Notes under the pieces: model-generated
What the model was told of the DNA's origin: nothing
The model's database searches: none
Seen by the model: the letters and a program-made list of their open reading frames with translations, nothing else
Part shown: in pieces, positions 24,703 to 36,999 of the stretch
Position numbering within the stretch: position 1 is the stretch's first letter
How the letters are laid out: every line of letters starts with the position of its first letter
Made by a program: the position numbers and the translations under genes
Origin: Haliotis rubra
Taxonomy: Eukaryota
Assembly (NCBI RefSeq): GCF_003918875.1
Contig: NW_025764968.1
Span: 62,001 to 126,000, forward strand
Length of the DNA stretch: 64,000 nucleotides
Direction: 5' to 3'

Positions 24703-26642
24703 CAGGCCTACCAAAAAACAAATTCCCACTGTGCAGAAAAACGCAGAAAAGCCAACATTAATCGTTGAAATAGCAACGTAAACATATTACCTCACTACTG
24801 AAACCGTGATAACAGCAACGAAAGACTATGAAACTGCAACATTTTTATGTCAGCGAACTTTGACCTCTACTGCGCAGGCGCATTACGCTCCGCACTTCTT
24901 TCCAATTTCCGAGCAAGCGTGAATCGCCTCGCACAGAAAAAGTGTTAAATATGTCAAAATTATTGCTGTCAATCATTTCATATGAATGGAAAGTAAACTT
25001 AACAAGTGTGCACACAAGCATCATGATGATAAATGCCAAAAAACACAACAGAAATACTTAAAGGTCACATGCAACCAAAACAACAAACATAAATAAAATC
25101 ATAATTATCACTTATTCCTGACATATAATATACATTGCTGATTATGAAAAAAACAAATAAACAAAATTATAAGCGTACAATCGCAAATCAAAAGTGCAAT
25201 ATTTGGTACTTGGGTTTACTTCCCTCAAAACTAGGCAACCGGGAGACCAAACCCAGTCAGAGCGGGTGGGTGTGCACTCAAGTGTAACGAAGACTCTTAT
25301 TGGCTGGTTCATTTGCCGATACACTGAGGGCTCATCGTGTGTGTGTATATAGAGATGTTGGGTTTTGTAAATACATGCTCATTTTTTCTGCATTTGCGTT
25401 CGATCCAATCAACAAATACTGAGATGGTGAACTACTGCGTAACTGGAAACTGTCGTTCATTCAAGTACAAAGCAGGACTTGAAACTGACAATCTGAGTTT
25501 CCACTGGTTTCCGTCCGATCCAGTCATCCGAGAAAAATGGATGCAGTTTGTTTCCACCCCCCAGACATAATAACATGTCATGTGTACAAGTATCACACCT
25601 GCCTGTCTGTGTAATTACATAATGTGACACAGACAGAACTCAGGTGCACGAGCCATAAATCAATGTATTTTGTTTTTGGTGTATAGCCTGATACGTTTCA
25701 AGTTCAAATTGCATGTGGTCAATGATTGAAGTTGTGTATTGCATATTGTCATTAGCAGACAAGCAGCCAAACACATAGGTGTCAATAAAACAGACATTGA
25801 GTCTTGTCTGTGACAGAGACTGCTTACCACAATCAACATATTTTTCTATGTTTCCATGGACATGTATTAAAACATTTCAGTTTTCAAGCTGAGCAATTTT
25901 TAACAAAGAAATTAGTATTTCTAATGCTACACTTTTTTGAAAACTTGGTTTGCAAATCTGCCTCCCCCCAAAAAGGAAAATGTGAAAATATATAAGAAAA
26001 AGTATGGGACCAGCGTATTTTTATTACTGCAGACCAAAGATTCTTGTAATCACAAGAAACATCTTTTGTTCTCCAACTTCGACCACAGCGATAATCCTTG
26101 CACGCATCACTTGCGGTGTTTTTACGAGTCGCCTTCCCAGTTCAAGCCGAGCGAACCTCACTGTGCATGCGCTATGGGAGCAACGCAGCACAGCTGTTGG
26201 AACCACTTTTCACCCCAGTGCTGGAGTGAAATTAGCGAATCGTTTTAACTCCGATTTCGGTGGTGTGTGTGTGTGTGTTTCATCGCATTATTTTTCAACT
26301 TTATAAGCTCAATTTTCATCTTTGATAATTTGTTACTGTAGGTCCATACCGAAAGACATCAGAATCTGCAAAGTTGTGTTTTGTGTTGCATGTGACCTTT
26401 AAAAAGGGAATGTAACTTTTGTCCCAGCTGGAAAATGTCAACATGCGGTCAAGACTTCCCATTCCATGCTCCAAAATCGAAGTTACAGACTTTTTGGTTT
26501 TTTTATGCAGTTTAGGCGATTTAAATTTGCCGTTTTTCCTGTTTCAGTAGCGAGGTATTATGTTTATGTTGCTATTTCCAGGATTAATGTGGGCTTTTCT
26601 GCGTTTTTTCTGCACAGTGACAAGTTTCCTTTGGTAGGCCTG
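24703..26642. mobile_element. Non-autonomous DNA transposon with ~100-bp TIRs (CAGGCCTACCAAA..) and 5-bp TSD ACTAA
   Basis: TSD at 24698-24702 and 26643-26647; empty site CTCCAACTAATGTGAG at ~52821 in unit 6. Confidence 0.85.
25062..26398 (+). mobile_element. Kolobok-like element with THAP-domain remnant, nested in the previous element
   Basis: TTAA TSD; TIR AGGTCACATGCAAC; 25424-25570 encodes MVNYCVTGNC..SFHWFPSDPVIREKW (THAP zinc-finger N-terminus). Confidence 0.8.
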
Positions 26643-27671
26643 ACTAATGTGAGTAAAATGTACAGGGTTTTAACACAGCAGACACATGAATCGGTCCTTG
26701 ATGATCAATACTTGTGAATCTGTTTGGCTGGTGTTATTTACTGCTGATGCTTTAGACATAGGCACAGGTGGGATATCATTAACCAGGTGAGCTACACATT
26801 TGTGCTTGTTACCCAGAGCATGTGAGTGTATATTTGTATTGATAATGACAGTATGTGATTGTATTTGCCCGAACCTTTTTTTAGAATTCTGAAATAACAC
26901 ACAAAACCTCTCTCATGTTTGCTTGAACATTCATAGTCCTAAATCACAACTAAACTTAATGACTCATTATCGTTAAATGTGTTTCACATCATAAATAAGC
27001 AGAATGTAATGGAAGGCATACAGTCACATATTGATTATAGGTGTGGTTGGGAATAACAGGAAATGGACTCAGGTTTACATACTGATGTCGTCTATAAGGA
27101 GGAGATTATGATCAAACAGCCTTAATATAAGTAAATACAACAAATGGGATGATTATGGAAATGAGCTGAGTGTGTGCTGTACACATAATGGTTAAATGCT
27201 GATGTTGTGAATTTGTTTATACATATCATGCACATGCTTTTGAGGAATGTTTTTGTGTTTTCCAATTTTTGCCTTTGTAATTCAGATCATTTTTCAGTTG
27301 AGGACAGGGTTTGTCTTTTGAGCTGTCCAGTATTTCTATGTTAAACCTTGTAAGGCCATCAAGTTCAAATGAGAACATTCTTTCTTTTGCCAAACTCATT
27401 CCTGTTTGCTTACTTATCACATGTTTAATGCATCAATGGAATCTGGAGTGTCTATCAAATATCTTGAAGAAAAATCTTTCAAGAATGGTTTTGAGGATAA
27501 TGTTTTAATGGTTTTCTGTTATTTTAGAAAAGGTTTTGTTATAAATTGGACTGGAATTCAGGATCCTATAAAGTATTCTTTTGTTTTCAGTAATACTCTG
27601 AATATATACAACACAGTTCACATGTACTCTATTTATATAAATACAACTAGACTGTTGTAGCTAGTTTCTTG

Positions 27672-28860
27672 GTCATTCTGTCATCCTATCTCACCATCCC
27701 TTCATCATTCTGTCATCCTATCTCACCATCTCTTCATCATTCTGTTACCCTACCTCACCATTTCATCATCTTTCTGCAATTCCATTCTACCCTTCTGTCT
27801 CAATATCCAGTCATCACTCTATAATCCTATCTGAACATCCCATCATCTTTCTACTATCTTATTTGAACATCCCATCATCTTTCTACTATCCTATCTGAAC
27901 ATCCCATCATCTTTCTATTATCCTATCTGAACATCCCTTTATCTTTCTATAATCCTATCTGAACATCCCATCATCTTTGTACCATCCTATCTGAACATCC
28001 CATCATCTTTCTACTATCCTATAGTACAATGTGTGAAGCCCATTTCTGGTGTCCCCCACCGTGATGTTGCTGAAATATTGCTAAAAGCGGCGTAAAACTA
28101 AACTCAGTCAGTCAGTCAGTCTACTATCCTATCACACCATTCCATCACAATTCTAACATTGTATCTCCATTCTGCTATCCTTTCTCACCATCCCACCAAT
28201 GTACCATTCTATCCCAAAACCACACAATCAGTTCACCATCCCACATCATTCTACCATCCAATCACACTATCCCACATCATTCTACCATCCAATCACATCA
28301 TCCCACCATCATTCTACAATCCAATCACACCATCCAACATCATTCCACCATCCAATTACACCATCCCATCATCATTCTACAATCCAATCCCACCATCCAA
28401 CATCATTCTACCATCCAATCACATCATCCCACCATCATTCTTCAATCCAATCACACCACCCAACATCATTCTACAATCCAATCACACCATCCCACCACCA
28501 TCATTCTACAGTCCAATCACACCATCCCACCATCATTCTACCATCCAATTACACCATCCCATCATCATTCTACAATCCAATCACACCATCCCACATCATT
28601 CTACCATCCAATCTCATCATCCCACCATCATTCTACAATCCAATCACAACATCCAACATCATTCTACAATCCAATCACACCATCCCACATCATTCTACTG
28701 TCCTATCTCACCATCCCATCATCACTCTACCATCCAATCACATCATCCCACCATCATTCTACAATCCAATCACACCATCCAACATCATTCTACCATCCAA
28801 TCTCACCATCCCTTCATTATTTTACATTCTTATTCCCACCATCCTACCATTATTCTAACA
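27672..28860. repeat. CATC-rich satellite
   Basis: Same unit family as 4128-7797; its first ~580 bp are nearly identical to 4128-4710. Confidence 0.92.
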
Positions 28861-29429
28861 TGTCCATTGACAGCTTTGCTGGTGTTACCATCGATAGAAT
28901 GGATTATGTGGTCAGGCTTTGTGACCAGGTTGATAGTGAGTAATTATACCTCACAGTATCCATCACTGGATTGTCTTGTCCTGACTGACTCAATTAGCGA
29001 TCACCAGCTTATGGTCTGAATATTGCTTAGTGCTGCATCAAACAGCAAGACTCATCAACAGCTCTTACCTCTGTTGACATGTCCAGGTATTCACCAAACC
29101 AGCAGTGATTTGACTGTTTTATGTGTAAGGAGCTTTTACTGGGCACTGGATGTCATCACAGTTTGTTGACAGGAGGTGGAAATGAAACCACTTGGCTCTG
29201 TAATTTACCTGAAGTTTGTTATTTACCTCGTAATGGATCAATGTGATACTAATGGCGAAACTATACACATCAAGATTGTCATGTAATGATTTCCACAAAT
29301 CTATGTGTGCAGAACTCTATTGTGAAATGAGCACAAGACCGGACTTGATCTATGAACAATCAATAAATTTAATTTAAACACAAGTTTAGATGTACAGTGA
29401 CAACAGAAAATGCATTGTGTGAAATAAGT

Positions 29430-30377
29430 ACTTTATATTAACTAGGATTAACAAAAAAAGCAGTCTGCAGAAGGGGGTCGGCTTATCTACAGGTTACACT
29501 TTCGTCAAACGTTTTTTAGGGGGTAAGAAAACGACATCGTATTACTTCTCGTAAACAAACAAGAGAAGACAACTTTGTCAGTAAAGACGTCAAATTTGCA
29601 ATTAAACATCACTAAACAAGATTTTCAGTTCTTATTTGTTTTTGGTGGTGTTGTATCAAATGCAGGTATTATGATTACCGTGTGTATTTGTCTCATATAC
29701 AGGACCGGAAATAGCAATCAACTGTACACACATTTCCCCGATCTACCAATGATTTAGTTAAAACATACCCAATAATGTAAGGAGATGAATTCTGATGCAG
29801 TGATCCAGAAAATATAGTATCTGAAACTGTTGTTTTATAAAGAGAAATATATTCCAGCATTGTGTCATTTTAATTGCAGGTTTTGCACTGTAAATGTAAA
29901 TTATTTATAATCATAACTAGGGTTATATGCGACAGCACTTTGGTGTATTGCCGGATAGTTTTTATGTATGGAACAATTTGACCTGTTACCGAGGACGTTT
30001 CGTGCGATCTCGCTATTTCCACCGCGAAAACAGTTTGTTGACTTGCAATCGTCCAACAACAACAAATATGACTTTTAGCGAAACAAAACATGTATACATA
30101 TCCATTTTCTGTCAACTGCACTTCATTTCGAAGCATGAGTAGATGCAATAATATAATAAGATAGTGATTGCTGTGAATATTGTGGACCGAAGTTGTAAAT
30201 ATCAGAGGATAAACTTGTGTAACTCAGTATTGCTTTATTGACACTATTCCCAATGACTGATCACGACGAAAAGATGAGCGTGGGTTTTCGGGGTCGGCTT
30301 ATCTATGGAACATACCATTTTGATACTGATTTGAAGGGTCAAGTTAAGGTGTCATCTTATCTGCGGTAATATACAGC
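29430..30377. mobile_element. Degenerate pogo/Tc-mariner-type non-autonomous element
   Basis: Insertion absent from other units; repeated GGGGTCGGCTTATCTA subterminal motifs and a ..CTTATCTGCGGTAATATACAG end. Confidence 0.4.
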
Positions 30378-30781
30378 ATATATGGAATGTTCCATACATA
30401 AGCCGATACTGATGTCATCTATAAACATGATTCCCCTTGACTTTTACTTCAATTGATCTAATTTTACCCTAACCATGTGCAGGAAGTACCCTTCTTTTAA
30501 TGCCACAAGAAATTATGTTGCAATACATTTCCAAACGTGACCCCAAGTATTAAACTGTAAATCTGAGCTCAGACCTTTTATAATGTTCAAAAACATTATT
30601 TCAGTGATAAAGTATACAATATAAAGCATTATTTGATGATAATATATATTTGTGAACAATATGAAAAGATACTCTCCACTAAATTCTCCACATTATTATT
30701 CAATGCATAGAAAATTCATGGCCCCAACATGTATTATACTGGATTTACATATATCCCTCACTATTTTTGTCCAGGATGTTT

Positions 30782-31027
30782 GATCCATGAAGGTCCGGGT
30801 TAGAATATTGATCTTCAGTAACCTATGCTTGTCATAAGAGGCGACTAACGGGATCGGGTGGTCAGGCTCGCTGACTTGGTTGACACATGTCAGCATATCA
30901 ATTGCATAGATCGAATACTCCTGCTGTTGATCACTGGATTGTCTGGTCCAGTCTCGATTATTTAAAGTCTGCCTCCATATAGCTGTAATATTGCTGAGCG
31001 TGGTGCAAAACTAAACTCACTCACTCA
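30782..31027 (+). mobile_element. Meta/MESC-domain SINE with (ACTC)n tail
   Basis: CCGGGTTAGAAT..TGCTTGTCATAAGAGGCGACTAACGGGATCGGGTGGTCAGG..AAAACTAAACTCACTCAC; second copy at 63691-63880. Confidence 0.75.
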
Positions 31028-31990
31028 CATGCTATATTTACCAACTAAAACATCCATAGGTACAACAGTAAGTATTTTCATTTTCAAGTGCTGAGTGAAT
31101 CATGCAACATAGATATGTATGTTTTGCAACAACAGTGTTGATATCTTGATATATTCAACATTATTACCTTCATATAACATTGATATAACTTCATATTACA
31201 ACATGATAACACAACTCATGACGCATCTTATGATTGCCAATTCTAAGGATATAACATCCCAAGGTACAATAGTAAATTGATATCTTGATAAATCCTACAT
31301 CATTACCATCATATGATATTGATAACTTGATTTATCAACATGGTGACGAGAATCATTACACGTCATGTAATTTCCAATTCTTAGGATAAAACATCCATAG
31401 GTACAACAATGAATTGATATCTTGATACATCCAACATGATTACTTTCACATAACATTTATAACTTGATATAACAATATAAATTACTTGCTAGAACAATGC
31501 CAATAACTTCATATGACAACATTTAAATGTAATAACATGGAAATCTAATTCAATTTAACACCATCATCTACAACACGAAATGTCATGTCAATTCTAACAG
31601 AACTAGAGACAAAATATATAACGGGTTGAGTTTAAAAATACATCCAAACTTCAATAATGTTTTTCTCCTGAGTTGTTGAGTCAAACTGTAGATAAATCTT
31701 CTGACAGTCAAATTGTCAGAGGTGTTCGGGATGTCAACAAATACAGACAGTCATTGACAGAAAGCTGGGTATTCAATTCTCCTGCTCCCTGGACCATGTT
31801 GGAGGACATCATCGCCACACACTATCCAAATCCCAAACGTTTATGTGGAACATCTCTTGGCATATTAGTTAATCAAAACCTCTTAAAACTTAACATTAAC
31901 AGAACAGCTTAAGATATCCACAATGTTTTTACATGTCAAAAACAAGTGTAAAACATACAGAAAAAAACTCCAACTGCACATAGATGTGAG

Positions 31991-33103
31991 TTAGGCAACA
32001 AAAACAATAGTGTTGATGATGGCCACCGATAGAAATACCACAAAGAGGATGTTATCCAACTTCTGAGCATCCAAGTTTTGAAGTCTGCCTTTCATCTTGG
32101 ACACCTCTGAGGCGTTATCCCCCTCTGTCTTGTCTGCCACAGTTGAAACTCTCTTGTGATCTCCCTGGAGTTGGTTGTTCCTGATCCTGAGGGTTGTTGT
32201 GACAGCCAGGAGTGCCAGGAAGCTTTGAAGGAGGATACAGATGAGATAGATCATGATCTTTGGAACTCTAGTGGATGTCCTTGGCATGATGTCGTAGACA
32301 AAGTTGAGGAACACAGCATGTGACACATAGATGGAAACCAGAAAGGATACTTTCTCTCCGGAATCGGCAGGAAGGATGAAGACAAAAGTATTCATGATGG
32401 AGGTCAAGGCCATTGGAATAATGATGCTTAACACATAGAAGAGACTTTGTCTTTTCAGGGTCAAGGTCACTGATTGGAGAGCAATTTCACTTAAGCTTGC
32501 ATCTCCACTTGTCATTTGTATTAATGTCCATTCAGACTCCTTCTTTATATATGAGCTGTATTCATTACGGGGTATAGGGTTGACATGCAAGTTGATATAG
32601 TCTCGATAGGTATGAAATGTTATTTCACATTTCTGTTCATCAAAAGGAAACTGAAAGGCATCAGTCACACATATGGTCTTGAACATGTCGGATGTGAATG
32701 CGAAAACACTGCCATCATGATTTAGACTCATAATGAGAGATCTGAATGAGAATAGAGAGGTGTCACTCACAGCATTTAATATATTAACTTGTGGTAGCCA
32801 TACTTGATGAGGCTCAATGTCAATGCTACCATTATAAAGTGACTTGTTCCAGGACAGACTGGGATCTTTCCAGTTAACTGTAATAACTCCAGTGAATGTT
32901 AGAAGTTGTTCCACAGAATTGAGGTCCAATATAGCTCCAAGTACAAAGTAAATAGAAACATTTACTTTCGAATGTCCAGGAGGAAATGGTGGCTTGTTAG
33001 CTCTTGTGTAGTTCATGGAATCCAGTATTTCAGTCCATGTCTCCCTTAACTGCTGGCAAGCCACGAGATTTGTGAGAAATATCCAGGACAAATGGAAATA
33101 CAT
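31991..33103 (-). CDS. Cys-loop ligand-gated ion channel subunit, copy 4 (intact, 370 aa)
   Basis: Complete ORF: signal peptide, C-x13-C (CVTDAFQFPFDEQKC), GEK, four TM segments, TAA. Confidence 0.93.
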   Translation of the reverse strand: MYFHLSWIFLTNLVACQQLRETWTEILDSMNYTRANKPPFPPGHSKVNVSIYFVLGAILDLNSVEQLLTFTGVITVNWKDPSLSWNKSLYNGSIDIEPHQVWLPQVNILNAVSDTSLFSFRSLIMSLNHDGSVFAFTSDMFKTICVTDAFQFPFDEQKCEITFHTYRDYINLHVNPIPRNEYSSYIKKESEWTLIQMTSGDASLSEIALQSVTLTLKRQSLFYVLSIIIPMALTSIMNTFVFILPADSGEKVSFLVSIYVSHAVFLNFVYDIMPRTSTRVPKIMIYLICILLQSFLALLAVTTTLRIRNNQLQGDHKRVSTVADKTEGDNASEVSKMKGRLQNLDAQKLDNILFVVFLSVAIINTIVFVA

Positions 33104-33384
33104 TGTTACGGTCAGTCCTCACTTAACCATGAGATTGTGTTTGTGATTGCAGTATATGATGGATTTCCTTGATATAGAGAATGGTTTAGAATGTTTGTAC
33201 AGCCATAATGTGGAAGAATTGTCAAGACACTTCTTAGCTCACCTGTTGCTCTGACGTGAATGCTTCAGATAAATGACAAGAAGACAGTCTATAGGTACAC
33301 ACATAGGTGCTCAGGAACCTGGAATGTGACCAAAATGGCTTTAAAGAGAACATTGTTAAACCAAAGAATGGTATCTCCACACAA

Positions 33385-33895
33385 AGTACGGTTTCATAGG
33401 TTACTTCTCAGGAACATTGTTGATCAAAGAAAGGTTTCATAGGCTTCTTCACGGGAACATTGTTGATCAAAGAAAGGTTTCATAAGTTACTTCACAGGAA
33501 CATTGTGGAACAAAGAAAGGTTTCATAGGTTACTTCACAGGAACATTGTGGAACAAAGAAAGGTTTCATAGGTTACTTCACAGGAACATTATGGAGCAAA
33601 GAAAGGTTTCATAGGTTACTTCACAGGAACATTGTGGAACAAAGAAAGGATTCATAGGTTACTTCACAGGAACATTATGGAGCAAAGAAAGGTTTCATAA
33701 GTTACTTTACAGGAACATTGTGGAACAAAGAAAGGTTTCATAGGTTACTTTACAGGAACATTGTTGAACAAAGAAAGGTTTCATAGGTTACTTCACAGGA
33801 ACATTGTTGATCAAAGAAAGGTTTCATAGGTTACTTTACAGGAACATTGTGGAACAAAGAAAGGTTTCATAGGTTACTTCACAGGAACATTGAAC
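33385..33895. repeat. 43-bp minisatellite (AAGAAAGGTTTCATAGGTTACTTCACAGGAACATTGTGGAACA), ~12 copies
   Basis: Period 43 measured directly (33541 to 33584). Confidence 0.95.
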
Positions 33896-35176
33896 ACAGG
33901 AAACTGATGGATTTACAGGAACATTGATTCACAAAGCAAACAGTCTCCTGACTGTCAAGTTTCAGAGGTTGGGTTCAGACTGAAGCATCTCTGACATCGC
34001 TTTGTTATCCATGTGAGCTATAAATTCCATTTGTGCTCCTTACGCAGAACATGTGAGTGTATATTTGTATTGATAATGGCAGCATGTGATTGTATTTGGT
34101 CAACATCGATAGGTATTGTTATAGGTTAGAATTCACACACAAAACCTCGCTCATGTTTGCTTGAACATTCATAGTCCTAAATCACAACTAAACTTAATGA
34201 CTCATTATTGTTAAATGTGTTTCACATCATAAATAAGCAGAATGTAATGGAAGGCATACAGTCACATATTGATTATAGGTGTGGTTGGGAATAACAGGAA
34301 TGGACTCAGGTTTACATACTGATGTCAAATATAATTAGGGGATAATGATCAAACAGCCTTAATACAAATAAATACTACAAATGGGATCATTATGGAAACC
34401 GGTTGAGTTTGTTCTGTACACATAATGGTTAAATGCTGATATTTTTTTCAATTGATCAAATATATTGTACCAGTGCCAAATCAACTGCCTCATTAAGGAA
34501 TGTTTTCATGTATTCCGTTTCTTCAGATAAGTCAGATTATGTTTCAATTGCGGACTGTGATTGTGTTTGGAGCATGACTATGATCTGTCCAATATTTCTC
34601 TGTGCAGTTTTGTAAACAAGTGCTATATTGTATCTTTTACCATTCCGAAATGTTTGTCATTTTGTGTGTTAGGTCACATGAGTGTAAGTTTTATTTCCAC
34701 TGCTGAGCTCATAAACATTTGATTATTGTATGTCAGTGGTTTTCAGATTATGAAGAAGATCTTCAGAGAGACTGATTGAAAATATAGATTGCATTCCCCT
34801 GTAATCATCACTGTATCATTGTTGCTATGACTCAGGGACTTGTAACTGCATTGAAAATATAGTTAGTCGTATTCTCTTTTATCATATAGTGATGTTCATG
34901 ATCCTGAGTCAAAACTTTGAAGCTTGAATGAGTACAGGTGTAAAATGTTGAGTTGATAGTCATTAGTTTCATTACAAATTGGAAGTGAATTCTTGTTTTT
35001 CACAAGTTATGGTTGAATTGTTGTTATCATTGCTCATAACGAACATCTTGCTGTGTTGCTGTTTGAAGGGGAAGGATATTTGTGATGGGCTTTTGTTTTT
35101 TCTTACAATGTATTTAGTTTGCTTCATGTATCTGCAGAAATCAATTTCTGAGATTAAATAAAGATATGTCAATAAC

Positions 35177-35450
35177 CAGTGTTGTAAATTCCCAAAAACT
35201 TCAGCCAGACCGGCTGGAAAGTTGCCAGTCCAGAATTTTATGGATTAAGAAAAATAAAAAGAAGTTTACTAATAAGAGGAGGGCACTGTTTAACATCAGG
35301 TTATTGTCACAATAACACGTTTTCAAATGTTTTTCAGTCAAGGCTTTAGTCATTATATACATTACAAAATTACACTGATTTAACAGCCAGACCATCGGGC
35401 GTGCAACTTTGTAAAACTGACCGTCGGGCAGGTGGGAGTTTGCAACGCTG
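35177..35450. mobile_element. MITE with CAG(T/C)GTTG TIRs and 7-bp TSD CAATAAC
   Basis: CAGTGTTGTAAATTCCC / GGGAGTTTGCAACGCTG, flanked by CAATAAC on both sides. Confidence 0.7.
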
Positions 35451-35894
35451 CAATAACCCTGCCATGAGACCAAATATTTTAAATTTTGATTATGATTTCG
35501 CTTTTGTTTTGATTACACTTCAGTGAGTTCAATGCATTTTTAAGAAAGACAAAACATTACACCCACCCATCAAAATATTCACTTTAAGGACTGAATGAAA
35601 ACTAAGTCTGACTTGTGCAGTGGAATTGATTCAAGTCTACTTTACTGCAATAGACTATAGTTAATCCCCCATTGTTTACCTATCTTACCATTGCCGACTG
35701 AATGGTTCAAGCCCTGGAAGTCGACAAATGAAGATTTACCACCCAAACTTAGTGTTGACTTTGGGGGCATCACAGACTATTGGTGCGCTTTGCTGGTTTC
35801 ACGCCCCACTGACTTAATCCCCAAGGCAAACAGTGAACACAACAAGGATTAGCACTGGTATAAACATTTAATGGAATCAGAATATGTGAAATAT

Positions 35895-36780
35895 TTTGCT
35901 GGGGGTATTAAAATGGACTCCGTCCGTCCGTGCACATTTGTCTTTTCCGGAGCAAAACTCTAAAACAGTTCACTATTTCTTCACCAAACTTGGCACAAAG
36001 ATAGATCTGGTGGTGTACCGGTGCCTTTTGGTAGTTTTGAAATTTCTGAATAAAATATTTTTGGCTTTTCCGTGTCAACAAGTTTGACTTAGCCTGAAAT
36101 TGGTGGTAGTGCTCTTTTCCGGAGCACAACTCTAAAACCGTACACTATTTCTTCACCAAACTTAGCACATGATAGATCTGGTGGTGTACTGGTGCCTTTC
36201 GGTAGTTTTGAAATTTCTGAATAAAATAGTTTTGGCTTTTCCGTGTCAACAAGTTTGACTTAGCCTGAAATTGGTGGTAGTGCTCTTTTCCGGAGCACAA
36301 CTCTAAAACCGTTCACTATTTCTTCACCAAACGCGACACATAGATTGGTCTGGTGGTGTACTGGTTCCTTTTTGGTAGTTTTGGAATTCTGAATAAAATA
36401 TGTTTGGCGTTTCCATGGCAACAAGTTTGACTAAAACAGAAATTAGTGGTAGTGCACTTTTCCGGAGCAGAACTGTAAAACCGTTCAATGTTTCTTCACC
36501 AAACTTGGCACATACATAGATCTGGTGGTGTACTGGTGCCTTTTAGTAGTTTTGGATTTCTGAATAAAATATTTTTGGCATTTCCATGGCAACAAGTTTG
36601 ACATAGACTGAAATTGGTGATAGTGCTCCTTTCTGGAGCAGAACTTTAAAAACCTTTCAATACTCTCCTTCCACTTTTCTATATACACACCTAAATATTT
36701 GACATAATCATAACTCGTAGACATAATCATAAAGAGTATTTTGCCATTGCGGGGGGATATTGATGACTTTGTCTTCTTGT
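35895..36780 (+). mobile_element. Helentron-associated (HINE/DINE-1-like) element with ~171-bp internal tandem repeats
   Basis: 5' (GTCC)n microsatellite, ~4.3 repeats of 171-172 bp, 3' G-rich segment and CTTGTT end in a T-run. Confidence 0.7.
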
Positions 36781-36999
36781 TTTTTTTTAAGATTTAACAA
36801 GCACTACCAGCTTTGCCGATTTCGCATTTTGTGATGAGTTCATTCTGCAACTGACTTATATTCACTAACAACACTAATTGCTTTTAGCTCAGTAACCGAA
36901 TTACTAAGACATGAGGTATGAGGAAAGGATTATCATTGAATTTGTTCTTTTGTTCTTAGAATGTGAAAAAAATGATATCTAAATACTAAAGATGTACTC

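Noticed and set aside
24727-24755. RSS-like CACTGTG plus A-rich nonamer within the TIR, suggesting a RAG/Transib transposon
   Set aside because: The heptamer is ~25 bp inside the terminus, the ends are CAGG not CAC, and no RAG-like coding sequence is present.
31991-33103. Assigning a CHRNA/CHRNB gene symbol
   Set aside because: No vicinal cysteines or ACh-binding residues, and too divergent for orthology to be judged by eye.
33385-33895. CRISPR-like appearance of the regular 43-, 44-, 59- and 67-bp arrays
   Set aside because: Units are contiguous with no unique spacers, there are no cas genes, and the context is eukaryotic.
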